A stretch of DNA of 28,851 nt from Bacteroidales bacterium. GTDB lineage: Bacteria; Bacteroidota; Bacteroidia; Bacteroidales; UBA4181. Below are positions 9,176-18,814 of the stretch, in pieces. Numbering within the stretch: position 1 is the stretch's first letter; each line of letters begins with the position of its first letter. The stretch spans positions 1 through 28,851 of the forward strand of contig JBFWIG010000001.1 in the NCBI GenBank assembly GCA_050256115.1, written 5' to 3'. Under the pieces are notes generated by a model that was not told where the DNA came from, made no database searches, and saw nothing but the letters and a program-made list of their open reading frames with translations. Both the position numbers and the translations under genes were made by a program.

Positions 9176-10702
9176 TTAGTGTTTGAAATGGCGGACACCC
9201 GTCATGGTCATAGCCAGACCGTTCTCATCGCAGTAATTCACCGATTCGTCATCACGAACCGACCCTCCCGGGTGCACAACCGCTGTAATACCGGCTTTCC
9301 CGGCAATCTCAACGCAATCGGGAAAAGGAAAGAACGCATCGCTTGCCATAACGGCTCCCTGCAGATCGAACCCGAAAGAACCGGCTTTTTCGATGGCCTG
9401 CTGCAAAGCATCGACACGTGAAGTCTGACCCACTCCACTGGCAAGCAGCTGATTACCCCGGGCAAGAACAATCGCATTCGACTTGGAGTGCTTTACAATC
9501 TTGTTGGCAAAAACCAGATCGGTAAGCTCCGACAGGGTGGGAGCCTTACGCGTTACCACCTTCATATCGGCCACCGACTGCATACTCAAATCTTTATCCT
9601 GCGATACCACTCCGTTAAGGAGTGTACGATATTGCACCGAAGGAAGCGAAACCGGCTTCATCTCCAGAATCATCCGATTCTTTTTACTCTTGAGCAGTTC
9701 CAAAGCCTCCGGTTCGTAACCGGGAGCCATTACCAACTCAAAGAAGAGGGTATTCATAGCTTCGGCCGTTTCCTTATCAATAACCCGGTTGGTGATAAGT
9801 ACCCCGCCGAAAGCAGATACCGGATCGCCCGCAAAAGCTTTTTGATAGGCCTCACAGAGGGTTTTGGCCGAGGCAATTCCGCAAGCATTATTATGCTTCA
9901 GAATGGCAAAGGTGGTGTCGTCAAATTCGGAGATCAGATTCACTGCTGCATCCATATCGAGCAGATTATTGTACGAGATCTCCTTCCCGTGTAATTGGGT
10001 AAACATATCGGCGAGTTGCCCAAAGAAATAGCCCTTTTGATGGGGGTTTTCGCCGTAGCGCAGTGCCGTACCCTCATTATAACTGGCTTTTAAACAGACT
10101 TCGGCCGATTCGCGATTAAAATAGCTGTGAATGGCAGTATCGTAATCGGACGAAACCGCAAAGGCTCTGGAGGCAAACCAGCGGCGATCCTCAATCGAAG
10201 TGAAGCCGTTCTTCTCGTGCAACAGATCGAGCAGTCGCAGATACTCCCGCTTAGAGGGAACAATCACCACATCACGGAAATTTTTGGCAGCAGCCCGGAT
10301 CAGCGAGATACCTCCAATATCGATCTTCTCGATAATGGCCTCATCCGAAGCCCCCGAAGCCAGCGTCTCGGCAAAGGGATAGAGATCGACAATCACCAGG
10401 TCGATATCGGGAATTTGGTACCGGGCTGCCTCTTCGCAATGAGAAGGCTCCTCTCTTCTATATAAAATGCCCCCGAAGATTTTGGGATGCAATGTTTTTA
10501 CTCGTCCTCCAAAAATTGAGGGATAGCTGGTTACGTCTTCAACAGCGGTTACCGGAATACCCAACGATGCCACAAAATCGCGCGTTCCTCCCGTTGAATA
10601 GATTTTGACATCGTGCGCGTGAAGGGCCTGCACAATTTCGGCAAGATGATCCTTATGGTAAACCGATATAAGAGCCGATTTAATCTTCTTCAAATTATTC
10701 AT
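9176..10702 (-). CDS. purH: Bifunctional AICAR transformylase / IMP cyclohydrolase
   Basis: SALISV, STGGT, GRVKTLHP, IDIGG, LRYGENPHQ, KHNNACG, ASDAFFPF. Start reassigned to MNNLKKIK (10702; ATG at 10711 is an alternative) because a -7 box lies at 10726-10733. The track start at 10927 is too long. Confidence 0.96.
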   Translation of the reverse strand: MNNLKKIKSALISVYHKDHLAEIVQALHAHDVKIYSTGGTRDFVASLGIPVTAVEDVTSYPSIFGGRVKTLHPKIFGGILYRREEPSHCEEAARYQIPDIDLVIVDLYPFAETLASGASDEAIIEKIDIGGISLIRAAAKNFRDVVIVPSKREYLRLLDLLHEKNGFTSIEDRRWFASRAFAVSSDYDTAIHSYFNRESAEVCLKASYNEGTALRYGENPHQKGYFFGQLADMFTQLHGKEISYNNLLDMDAAVNLISEFDDTTFAILKHNNACGIASAKTLCEAYQKAFAGDPVSAFGGVLITNRVIDKETAEAMNTLFFELVMAPGYEPEALELLKSKKNRMILEMKPVSLPSVQYRTLLNGVVSQDKDLSMQSVADMKVVTRKAPTLSELTDLVFANKIVKHSKSNAIVLARGNQLLASGVGQTSRVDALQQAIEKAGSFGFDLQGAVMASDAFFPFPDCVEIAGKAGITAVVHPGGSVRDDESVNYCDENGLAMTMTGVRHFKH

Positions 10703-10725
10703 TATCAACATAAAAAAATTCCGTG

Positions 10726-10733
10726 CAAATTTA
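10726..10733 (-). promoter_or_regulatory. -7 promoter box of the purH-mre operon
   Basis: Plus-strand CAAATTTA reads TAAATTTG on the minus strand. Confidence 0.65.
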
Positions 10734-10836
10734 TCAAAATTCAAAGGAACTTTCCTCCCAAATCGGGGAATATAAATTATAAAATCGCGCAATTTGATTC
10801 TATTCCACTCCCAACGCGATTTTCGAACAATATTGG

Positions 10837-10844
10837 TACCTTTG
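10837..10844 (+). promoter_or_regulatory. -7 promoter box of the AraC gene
   Basis: TACCTTTG, 64 nt upstream of ATG 10909. Confidence 0.55.
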
Positions 10845-10908
10845 GCATAGGTGGCGCGCCCCTGCAACCCCGGCGCAGAGCTACCCTTTATAACCCCCTC
10901 CTTATGCC

Positions 10909-11823
10909 ATGAGCCTAATGGAATCACCGACCGCGCCGGAAAGCAGAAATTACCTGATTGCCAATAAGAGAGATCATGACTGGGGGTTAACCGTTACTTC
11001 GGTGGGATGCCAAAAAATTGAACCCCGTTCGCTCTATCCCCATACCGATCATCCGGCCGAATACCTCTTCAGGCCGGAAGAGGGGCGGGTACTACACACC
11101 TATCAACTCCTCTATATTACCCATGGAGAAGGGTGGTTCAGATCGGCAAGTCAGCCTCTCTCTTCCATCTCCGAAGGAACCGCCTTCCTTCTTTTCCCGG
11201 GAGAGTGGCACTCTTATGCCCCTAACCGTGAAACAGGCTGGCATGAGTACTGGATAGGGATGGAGGGCCCCATAATGGAAAACCTGATTTCCAAAGCATT
11301 CTTTAAAAAGCAAAGCCCCATCTTCCCGGTAGGATTAACCGACGATATGATTACCCTTTATATGAAGGCTCAACTCATTGCTAACCAACAGGAAGCCGGC
11401 TACCAACAACTCCTGGCCGGTATCGCAACCTTACTGATGGGGAGCCTCATATCGGGCGTTAAATCGGCCGGGACAGTGAAACGGGGCACTCAACAGGTCA
11501 TCTCAAAAGCCAAGGTTTTGATGATAGAAAATATCGAGACCCCCTTTTCGCCTGAAGTGCTGGCTCAGGCGGTATGCGTAAGTTACTCTTGGTTCCGCCG
11601 AATGTTTAAAGAGCATACCGGTTTCTCTCCGGCGCAATACCAACAACAACTGCGTATAGAGCGCGCCAAAGAGCTTCTGTTGGGCACATCGAAATCGGTA
11701 AAGGAGATTGCCTTCCGACTGCAATACGAATCGCCCGAACACTTCTCAACCCTCTTCAAGAAGAAGACCGGCAAAACCCCTGTACAATTCCGCACCGGCC
11801 GAACCCTCTCCGGCCCCACTTGA
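10909..11823 (+). CDS. AraC-family transcriptional regulator
   Basis: N-terminal cupin-like sensor region (YQLLYITHGEG, FPGEWHSY, WHEYWIG) and C-terminal double HTH (SYSWFRRMFK..G.SP, RAKELL..SVKEIAF.L.Y..HFS.LFKK.TG.TP). ATG 10918 is an alternative start. Confidence 0.93.
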   Translation: MSLMESPTAPESRNYLIANKRDHDWGLTVTSVGCQKIEPRSLYPHTDHPAEYLFRPEEGRVLHTYQLLYITHGEGWFRSASQPLSSISEGTAFLLFPGEWHSYAPNRETGWHEYWIGMEGPIMENLISKAFFKKQSPIFPVGLTDDMITLYMKAQLIANQQEAGYQQLLAGIATLLMGSLISGVKSAGTVKRGTQQVISKAKVLMIENIETPFSPEVLAQAVCVSYSWFRRMFKEHTGFSPAQYQQQLRIERAKELLLGTSKSVKEIAFRLQYESPEHFSTLFKKKTGKTPVQFRTGRTLSGPT

Positions 11824-11852
11824 CGATTGTTTCATTTTCGCGGCCAAAGCGT

Positions 11853-11860
11853 TATCTTTG
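11853..11860 (+). promoter_or_regulatory. -7 promoter box of lysS-gpsA-pgi
   Basis: TATCTTTG, 32 nt upstream of ATG 11893. Confidence 0.7.
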
Positions 11861-11892
11861 CCGCCCAACCTCTCTGCAGAACACAAAGAAAT

Positions 11893-13617
11893 ATGACAGA
11901 ATTTAACGAACAAGAGCTTTTTAGAAGAAACGCTCTGGAAGAGCTCCGAAAGCTGGGAATAGAGCCCTATCCCGCTCACGCCTTTGCTGTAAATGCCACC
12001 TGCGCCGAAATTGTAACCGGCTTCACCCCCGACTGCGGCAAATTTACCCATGTCACGTTGGCAGGCCGTATCATGAATCGCAGAATCATGGGGAGTGCTT
12101 CGTTTGCCGAAATTCAGGATGCCACCGGACGGATTCAGCTCTATATAAAACGAGATGACCTCTGTCCCGATCAAGACAAAACGCACTATAATGTGGTTTT
12201 CAAAAAACTGCTCGATATTGGTGATATTATCGGCGTTGAGGGTTTTGCATTTATCACCCAGATGGGCGAAACCTCCATCCATGTAAAATCACTCACCCTG
12301 CTCAGCAAATCGCTTCGCGTACTTCCCGTAGTTAAGGAGAAAGAGGGGAAACTGTTCGACGCCTTTTCCGATCCCGAACAGAGGTATCGTCAGAGATATG
12401 TCGATTTGATTGTGAATCCGTCGGTTCGCGACACCTTTGTAAAAAGAACCCGCCTTGTTAACACCATGCGCGATTTCCTGAACGAAAAGGGGTATCTGGA
12501 GGTGGAGACACCCATTCTGCAACCGCTGTACGGGGGGGCTGCTGCGCGTCCGTTCAAAACCTTTCACAACACACTGAACACCGACCTCTATCTGCGCATT
12601 GCCAATGAGCTTTACCTGAAACGGCTTATTGTGGGCGGATTCGAAGGGGTCTATGAATTCTCTAAAGATTTCAGAAATGAAGGGATGGACCGGTTCCATA
12701 ATCCCGAATTTACCCAGATGGAACTCTATGTGGCCTACAAAGACTATCTCTGGATGATGGATACGGTAGAAGAGATGGTCGAACGCATTGCCCTGGCGCT
12801 TCACGGCACCACAGAGGTTCAGGTAGGGGCAAACCGGATCGACTTTAAGCGCCCCTGGAAGAGATACACCATGTTCGAGGCCATTGCCCACTTTACAGGT
12901 ATCGACGTTTCGGAGATGTCGGAAGCGGAGTTGCGAAAAACAGCTCTTTCGCTGGGGGTAAAGATCGATGAGTCGATGGGAAAAGGAAAACTGATAGATG
13001 AAATTTTCGGTGAGTGCTGCGAAGGAAAACTGATACAACCTACGTTCATTACCGACTACCCCATAGAAATGTCGCCTTTGGCAAAAAAACACCGCAGTAA
13101 AGCGGGGCTGGTTGAGCGCTTCGAAGCCATCTGCAATGCAAAAGAGATCTGCAACGCTTACTCCGAACTGAACGATCCGGTAGATCAGCGCGACCGCTTT
13201 GAAGAACAACTTCTTCTGGCAAAAAGAGGCGATGAAGAGGCAATGATGCTCGACGAAGATTTTCTCAGAGCCATAGAATACGGCATGCCTCCTACCGCAG
13301 GTTTAGGTATTGGGATAGATCGTCTTACCATGATTATGACCAATGCGGCCTCTATCCAGGATGTGCTGCTCTTCCCCCAGATGAAGCCCGAAAAAAGGAC
13401 AGTTGCCGACCCTGCAGAGGCTTTTACGGCACTTGGTATACCGGAGGCATGGGTGCCGGTGGTTCAGAAGATGGGCTATCTTACCGTTGCATCGCTCCAA
13501 AAGCTCTCGGCGGGTAAACTCTTCAACGACCTTTGCGGGATGAACAAAAAACATAAGATGGGACTTCCCCTTCCCACCCCCGAAGAGGTGAAAAACTGGA
13601 TAGAATCTGCATCATGA
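11893..13617 (+). CDS. lysS: Lysyl-tRNA synthetase (class II) with C-terminal extension
   Basis: OB fold (AGRIM..R.MG..SF), [54 protein letters not shown]. Start moved from track 11827 to ATG 11893, downstream of the -7 box. Confidence 0.97.
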   Translation: MTEFNEQELFRRNALEELRKLGIEPYPAHAFAVNATCAEIVTGFTPDCGKFTHVTLAGRIMNRRIMGSASFAEIQDATGRIQLYIKRDDLCPDQDKTHYNVVFKKLLDIGDIIGVEGFAFITQMGETSIHVKSLTLLSKSLRVLPVVKEKEGKLFDAFSDPEQRYRQRYVDLIVNPSVRDTFVKRTRLVNTMRDFLNEKGYLEVETPILQPLYGGAAARPFKTFHNTLNTDLYLRIANELYLKRLIVGGFEGVYEFSKDFRNEGMDRFHNPEFTQMELYVAYKDYLWMMDTVEEMVERIALALHGTTEVQVGANRIDFKRPWKRYTMFEAIAHFTGIDVSEMSEAELRKTALSLGVKIDESMGKGKLIDEIFGECCEGKLIQPTFITDYPIEMSPLAKKHRSKAGLVERFEAICNAKEICNAYSELNDPVDQRDRFEEQLLLAKRGDEEAMMLDEDFLRAIEYGMPPTAGLGIGIDRLTMIMTNAASIQDVLLFPQMKPEKRTVADPAEAFTALGIPEAWVPVVQKMGYLTVASLQKLSAGKLFNDLCGMNKKHKMGLPLPTPEEVKNWIESAS

Positions 13618-14609
13618 CCGAAGCCTCACAAATTGCCATTATCGGTAGCGGAAGCTGGGCCACAGCCCTTGCAAAAATCGTAACCGATGCAGGAAATCGT
13701 ATTTGCTGGTATATCCGGAATCCCGAAAACCGGAAAGTAATGAAGAGCTTTAACCGTAATCCGAAATATCTCGGATCGGTGCGGTTCGATCCCGAAAAAA
13801 TCTCTTATTGCGAATCGCTCGACGACGCAGTAGAACAATGCGAGGTCCTCATTTTTGCAGTCCCCACAGCCTTTCTTGCCGAGTGGCTCAGTCCGCTTAC
13901 ACGCTCGCTCCAGGGGAAATATATTGTATCTGCCATCAAAGGGATTATTCCCGGCGAAGATGGTACAGTGGCCGAATATTTCAATCGTAAATTCAAGCTG
14001 CCTTTCGATCAAATAGGTGTAATTTCGGGCCCCTGTCATGCCGAAGAGGTAGCGCTGGAACGACTCTCCTACCTTACCATTGCCACCAAACATTTCGAAG
14101 ACGGCCGAACCCTGGCCGGCTTTTTACAGTGCCGCTATCTGCGCACTATTCTCTCGGAAGATATTTACGGCATTGAATATGCGGGCGTTCTGAAGAACAT
14201 CTATGCCATTGCGGGCGGCATATTCTACGGACTGGGATATGGCGATAACTTCCAGTCGGTTTTACTGGCCAACGCCTTCATCGAAATGAAGCGTTTTATC
14301 AATAACTCCTATCCCAAAGAGAGAGATCTGGCTCAATCGGCCTTTTTAGGCGACCTGCTGGTAACCGGCTATTCGCAATTCAGCCGAAATCGCACCTTTG
14401 GCACTATGATCGGCAAAGGCTATTCGGTTCGATCGGCACTTCTGGAAATTTCGCAGATTGCCGAAGGCTATTATGCAGTTTCCGGCATGAAGAAAATCAA
14501 TCTGGCTCACGGAATCGATATGCCCATCATGGATGCCGTCTACAATATGCTTTATAACGGCGTATCGCCCGTAACCGAAGCCAAAAACCTGATAGACAAG
14601 CTAAAATAA
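13614..14609 (+). CDS. gpsA: NAD(P)H-dependent glycerol-3-phosphate dehydrogenase
   Basis: [47 protein letters not shown]; ATGA overlap with lysS. Confidence 0.95.
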   Translation: MTEASQIAIIGSGSWATALAKIVTDAGNRICWYIRNPENRKVMKSFNRNPKYLGSVRFDPEKISYCESLDDAVEQCEVLIFAVPTAFLAEWLSPLTRSLQGKYIVSAIKGIIPGEDGTVAEYFNRKFKLPFDQIGVISGPCHAEEVALERLSYLTIATKHFEDGRTLAGFLQCRYLRTILSEDIYGIEYAGVLKNIYAIAGGIFYGLGYGDNFQSVLLANAFIEMKRFINNSYPKERDLAQSAFLGDLLVTGYSQFSRNRTFGTMIGKGYSVRSALLEISQIAEGYYAVSGMKKINLAHGIDMPIMDAVYNMLYNGVSPVTEAKNLIDKLK

Positions 14610-14636
14610 TATCTCATTCCCGTAAATCTCTGTACA

Positions 14637-15974
14637 ATGATTCGCTTACACATCGAAAAAGCTTTTGGAACCGATGCATCTGCACAAGTGTCCAAAAACA
14701 AGAAAGCGGTTGCTGAAGCCCTCGGCAACCTCTACGCAAAAAAGGGCAAAGGGAACGATTTCATGGGTTGGGTTAACCTTCCCGGACGGGTCTCGGAAAG
14801 TGAACTTGCCTCGATCGAAGAGAGTGCCGCTTTTTTTAAGCAACACGTCGAGATAGTGGTTGTAGTGGGTATCGGTGGCAGTTATCTGGGTGCCAAAGCA
14901 GCCCTGGAAGCCCTCTCGGGCAACTTTTCTGCCTGGCAGCCAACCCCCGGAGCACCTGCCATTCTCTTTGCCGGACAAAACCTGAGCGAAGATTATATGG
15001 CCGAGTTGCTCGATCTGCTGAGTACTAAAAAGTACGGTATTGTGGTTATCTCAAAATCGGGCACAACCACCGAACCGGCTGTAGCCTTCCGGATTTTGAA
15101 AAACCATCTTGAATCGAAAGTGGGTAAGGAAGAGGCCAAAGCACTTATTGTGGCAGTAACCGATGCCAATAGAGGTGCCATGAAACAGCTGGCTACCCGC
15201 GAAGGCTACAAAACCTTTGTGATTCCCGACGATGTGGGCGGGAGATTCTCGGTACTTACCCCTGTTGGATTGCTTCCCATTGCTGCAGCGGGATTCAACA
15301 TCCGCGAGATGTTGCAGGGCGCTATCGACATGGAGAAGGCCACTGCTCCGGAAGTACCCTTCGAACAGAATATTGCCGCACAATACGCCTCTGCCCGGTT
15401 CGAACTATACAAAGCCGGAAAGACCGTGGAGATTCTGGCAGGCTACAACCCTAAACTGGTCTATGTAGCAGAGTGGTGGAAGCAGCTCTATGGTGAGAGC
15501 GAAGGAAAAGAGCATAAAGGCATATTCCCAGCCAGCGTAACCTTCACTGCCGATCTTCACTCAATGGGACAATATATTCAGGAGGGGCTTCGCAATCTGT
15601 TCGAGACCGTCATTTCTATCGAGAATCCCGATCGCAATATCTTGATCCCCAATGATCCCGAAAACCTGGACACCCTGAACTTTCTCTCGGGGAAAAGGAT
15701 TGATCATGTAAATAAGATGGCCGAACTGGGAACCATGCTAGCCCATGTTGATGGAGGAGTACCCAACCTGCGCATTGAGCTTCCCTTGCTTAACGCTTAC
15801 TACCTGGGGCAACTCTTCTACTTCTTCGAGATTGCCTGTGGAATCAGCGGGGCGCTTTTGGGTGTCAATCCCTTCGATCAGCCGGGTGTTGAGGCTTACA
15901 AGAAGAATATGTTTGCTCTGCTCGAAAAACCGGGATACGAAGAGGCCTCTGCCCAACTCAAGGCGCGCCTATAA
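14637..15974 (+). CDS. pgi: Glucose-6-phosphate isomerase
   Basis: [56 protein letters not shown]. Confidence 0.97.
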   Translation: MIRLHIEKAFGTDASAQVSKNKKAVAEALGNLYAKKGKGNDFMGWVNLPGRVSESELASIEESAAFFKQHVEIVVVVGIGGSYLGAKAALEALSGNFSAWQPTPGAPAILFAGQNLSEDYMAELLDLLSTKKYGIVVISKSGTTTEPAVAFRILKNHLESKVGKEEAKALIVAVTDANRGAMKQLATREGYKTFVIPDDVGGRFSVLTPVGLLPIAAAGFNIREMLQGAIDMEKATAPEVPFEQNIAAQYASARFELYKAGKTVEILAGYNPKLVYVAEWWKQLYGESEGKEHKGIFPASVTFTADLHSMGQYIQEGLRNLFETVISIENPDRNILIPNDPENLDTLNFLSGKRIDHVNKMAELGTMLAHVDGGVPNLRIELPLLNAYYLGQLFYFFEIACGISGALLGVNPFDQPGVEAYKKNMFALLEKPGYEEASAQLKARL

Positions 15975-16973
15975 CGAAACCTGCTCGCCACTCTCGGCAA
16001 AGAGCGTAATACCCTCCTTTTCGGCAACGGCATGTCCAAGAATCGAGATATCGCCCTGCCTGAGGAGAGGCTCATACCTATCGGGAGGAACCGAAAAGAG
16101 CAGTTCATAATCCTGACCGCCATGGAGGGCAGCCACCTGGGGCGACTGATGTAATTCGGACGCAACCCGGAGGCTCTCCCCGGCGATCGGGATTTTGTGT
16201 TCATAGAGACGACAACCCACGCCCGAGGCAAGACAAAGCGCTTGTATCGCATGGGCAAGTCCTGCTGAGAGATCGGTCATTGCTGTAGGGATTAACTTTT
16301 CGGCAGCAAAATAGTCGATGATATCTTTTCGTGCAGAAGGTTTAAGTTGACGTTTAATCACATAATCATAGCCTTCGAGCGCAGGGGTAAAGGAGCTATC
16401 CTTCTCGAACAACCGCTTCTCCCGCTCCAGGACCTGAAGCCCCAGGTATGCAGCCCCCAAATCGCCCGTAACACACAAAAGATCGCCCTCCTTCATTCCA
16501 CTGCGGTATACCAGACCTGCCTTATCCACCTCTCCCACAACCGACATATTGATACAGAAACCGGTAAGCGAAGGGGTAAGATCACCCCCGACCAGATCGA
16601 CCCCATGCTCACCACAGGCAGCCAGAACCCCCTCGTAAAAGGTGTTGAGCCATTCGGAACTAATCTTGGCAGAGAGAGCCAATGAGACCATCAGCTGCTT
16701 TGGATGGCCGTTCATGGCATACACATCCGAAAAATTGACCACTGCAGCCTTATACCCTAAATGTTTAACCGGCACGTAGGTTAGATCGAAATGAATACCC
16801 TCAATCAGCGTATCGGTGGTTAACAACTGGAGATTACTGCCATACCGGACCACTGCAGCATCATCGCCAATACCGAAGAGAGTAGTGGCATTTAACAAGG
16901 GAGCTTTGCTACGCAGCTCCGACAAGAAACGATCGCGTTGAAAAGGGGAAGAGGAAGAAGAAAATTCACTCAT
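15969..16973 (-). CDS. ThiL-like (thiamine-monophosphate kinase / PurM superfamily) protein with altered motifs
   Basis: [34 protein letters not shown] and TGDLG are present. DxSDG reads DLSAG, GGEDYEL reads GGQDYEL, and there is no C-terminal GW motif. Its stop overlaps the convergent pgi by 6 nt. Confidence 0.8.
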   Translation of the reverse strand: MSEFSSSSSPFQRDRFLSELRSKAPLLNATTLFGIGDDAAVVRYGSNLQLLTTDTLIEGIHFDLTYVPVKHLGYKAAVVNFSDVYAMNGHPKQLMVSLALSAKISSEWLNTFYEGVLAACGEHGVDLVGGDLTPSLTGFCINMSVVGEVDKAGLVYRSGMKEGDLLCVTGDLGAAYLGLQVLEREKRLFEKDSSFTPALEGYDYVIKRQLKPSARKDIIDYFAAEKLIPTAMTDLSAGLAHAIQALCLASGVGCRLYEHKIPIAGESLRVASELHQSPQVAALHGGQDYELLFSVPPDRYEPLLRQGDISILGHAVAEKEGITLFAESGEQVSL

Positions 16974-17617
16974 AAAGGATTCTCGTTGGTAAGACAGTAA
17001 GCTATCACATAATTGTTCTGCACCCAGTATCGTAAAACAAAAGTTTCATAGATGCCCGGACCATGGTGAACACCCACAGTCTCGCCCGAGGGGTTGGGTG
17101 CAAAAGGGAGGATGGTAAGATTCTTTCTGAAATGGATGTTTTTTTTATCGCAGATTTTGTAAAGCGCCTCCTTGGCACACCAATGCACGTAGTAATGAAG
17201 GGGCCTCAAAGTGACATCATTGGTGATGTACTCACGCGGATTGATAAAATGACGCGACAATTTCTCAATGTCGTGCGAAATATATTCGAGATCAATACCT
17301 ATACGCCGCTCTTTACTCAACAAAATAGAGGTATACCTATTGGAGTGAGAAATACTGATACGATGCGACCCGTCGAACATAAAAGGTTTTCGGGTGGAAT
17401 CATATACAATACGGGCTCCCGGGTAGGTCATCTTTCCCAACAGCGCTCTCACGCTCAAAGACTCCAGTTTTCGCTGATCGTTCTTAAAACTGTTGAGACG
17501 CTGAATATCCGATTCAACCAGCTGAACCTGCGAATAGAGGGTGTCGAAATCCTCCGTTATTTCCCAAAGACCGAACCGGCAGTCGTTGTCGAGAAATTTA
17601 TCTTCAATGAGTGGCAT
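16970..17617 (-). CDS. 4'-phosphopantetheinyl transferase (Sfp/EntD-like)
   Basis: KPF, ISISHS, IGIDLE and WCAKEALYK motifs; ATGA overlap with the thiL-like gene. Confidence 0.9.
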   Translation of the reverse strand: MPLIEDKFLDNDCRFGLWEITEDFDTLYSQVQLVESDIQRLNSFKNDQRKLESLSVRALLGKMTYPGARIVYDSTRKPFMFDGSHRISISHSNRYTSILLSKERRIGIDLEYISHDIEKLSRHFINPREYITNDVTLRPLHYYVHWCAKEALYKICDKKNIHFRKNLTILPFAPNPSGETVGVHHGPGIYETFVLRYWVQNNYVIAYCLTNENPL

Positions 17618-17632
17618 AGTAATTCCAAGTAA

Positions 17633-18220
17633 TTAAGGTCTCCACCGGAGTGTTTGTACAATTCTCGCAATATCTTGCGAAAAGAAGTCTACCACAGGAG
17701 CCAGTGAATCCTGGTTCGGGGCAACCGGAAAATAGAGCGCTCCCCGCAAAAAATGGTTCACACTGTCGGTAATATAAAATTGAACGGCAGTAGCTACATT
17801 TCCCTTCACGTTAAATACCATTCCATAGGCCGCCCTGTCGGGATAAGAAAAGGGGATCTCCTCAATGGCATTAGCCTTCTGTGCGTGCGCATAGGTCATC
17901 TGGCGAGAATCGGAAATATATGTGGCCAAATTTCCCTGTAAGGGGGCATACGTCAGATAGATGGTGGCATGATAGCGGGGGAAAGAGAGATTCCACCAAG
18001 TGAACCCCGAATCGGATGCATTCACCCTCTCCATTACAGCATACCGCGGAATCTCACATAGATAGGGGGTAAGACTGTCGTACAATCGATAACTCTTCTC
18101 CGGAAGATCTATGCGCAGATAACCTGCCGGCCGTGGCGTATAACCACGGCTGCATGCGGCAACTCCCGCAACCAGGAGTATCAGCAACAGGAAATAGAGA
18201 AACAGGCGTGAAGATACCAT
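17633..18220 (-). CDS. gldD: GldD-family lipoprotein
   Basis: Signal peptide ending VAAC (Cys23), YTPRPAGYLRIDLP, GNVATAVQFYITDSVNHFLRGALYF, PNQDSLAPVVDF..DI. Confidence 0.88.
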   Translation of the reverse strand: MVSSRLFLYFLLLILLVAGVAACSRGYTPRPAGYLRIDLPEKSYRLYDSLTPYLCEIPRYAVMERVNASDSGFTWWNLSFPRYHATIYLTYAPLQGNLATYISDSRQMTYAHAQKANAIEEIPFSYPDRAAYGMVFNVKGNVATAVQFYITDSVNHFLRGALYFPVAPNQDSLAPVVDFFSQDIARIVQTLRWRP

Positions 18221-18243
18221 AGAAAAGAGGCGTGAAAAGAGGA

Positions 18244-18291
18244 AAAATCAGGGCAGGGCAGCTACTCCCGAAAGAGCAACCACCCTACCCT
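18244..18291 (-). terminator. Hairpin with UUCG loop after ssb (terminator or stabiliser)
   Basis: Minus strand AGGGTAGGGTGGTTGCTC-TTTCGG-GAGTAGCTGCCCTGCCCT (18 pairs, 5 of them G-U), followed by GATTTTT. Confidence 0.7.
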
Positions 18292-18299
18292 CAAACAGA

Positions 18300-18761
18300 T
18301 CAGAACGGCAAATCGTCGGGACCCTCCTGGCTTGCAGCGTCGGGAGCGTCATTGAAGCCGCCTTGTTGTTGAACCGGTTTTTCACGCGACTCAGAGGCCT
18401 CACGCGGAGAAAAAGATCCATCACTTTCGCCGTCAGGACGCTTGTCGAGCAGCTGAATCACATCGCCTAAAATCTCGGTAATGTAGCGTTTATTGCCCTC
18501 TTTATCGTCGTACGAACGGCTGCGAATTCTACCCTCAAGGTAAATGAGCGAACCCTTCCGGATATACTTTTCTGCCAGCAACGCCTGATTGCGCCACAAA
18601 ACAATGTTGTGCCACTCAGTGGTACGAACGGTTTCGCCCTTTTTATCCTTGTAGAACTCGGAGGTAGCGAGCGAAAAGGTGGCATTCGCCACATTCGAAT
18701 CGAAATAGCGGATATCGGGATCTTTCCCGACACGGCCTACCAAAACAACCTTATTAACCAT
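18300..18761 (-). CDS. ssb: Single-stranded DNA-binding protein
   Basis: MVNKVVLVGRVGKDP, FSLATSE, TEWHNIV.W, YLEGRIRSR and the acidic tail DDLPF. Start at ATG 18761, not track 19322, supported by the -7 box at 18794-18801. Confidence 0.97.
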   Translation of the reverse strand: MVNKVVLVGRVGKDPDIRYFDSNVANATFSLATSEFYKDKKGETVRTTEWHNIVLWRNQALLAEKYIRKGSLIYLEGRIRSRSYDDKEGNKRYITEILGDVIQLLDKRPDGESDGSFSPREASESREKPVQQQGGFNDAPDAASQEGPDDLPF

Positions 18762-18793
18762 ACTATCAGTTTTAAATAGATTAAACAATGCAA

Positions 18794-18801
18794 CAAAACT
18801 A
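18794..18801 (-). promoter_or_regulatory. -7 promoter box of ssb
   Basis: Plus-strand CAAAACTA reads TAGTTTTG on the minus strand. Confidence 0.6.
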
Positions 18802-18814
18802 CAACTCCGGATGG

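Noticed and set aside
10703-10927. 75-codon N-terminal extension of PurH in the track
   Set aside because: It runs across two promoter boxes and into the AraC start; the homologous sequence begins at MNNLKKIKSALISV.
16974-18299. TPP riboswitch upstream of the thiL-like gene
   Set aside because: The gene is ATGA-coupled to the PPTase, and I found no THI-box core (e.g. CTGAGA...ATACC-type junctions) in the short spacers of the block.
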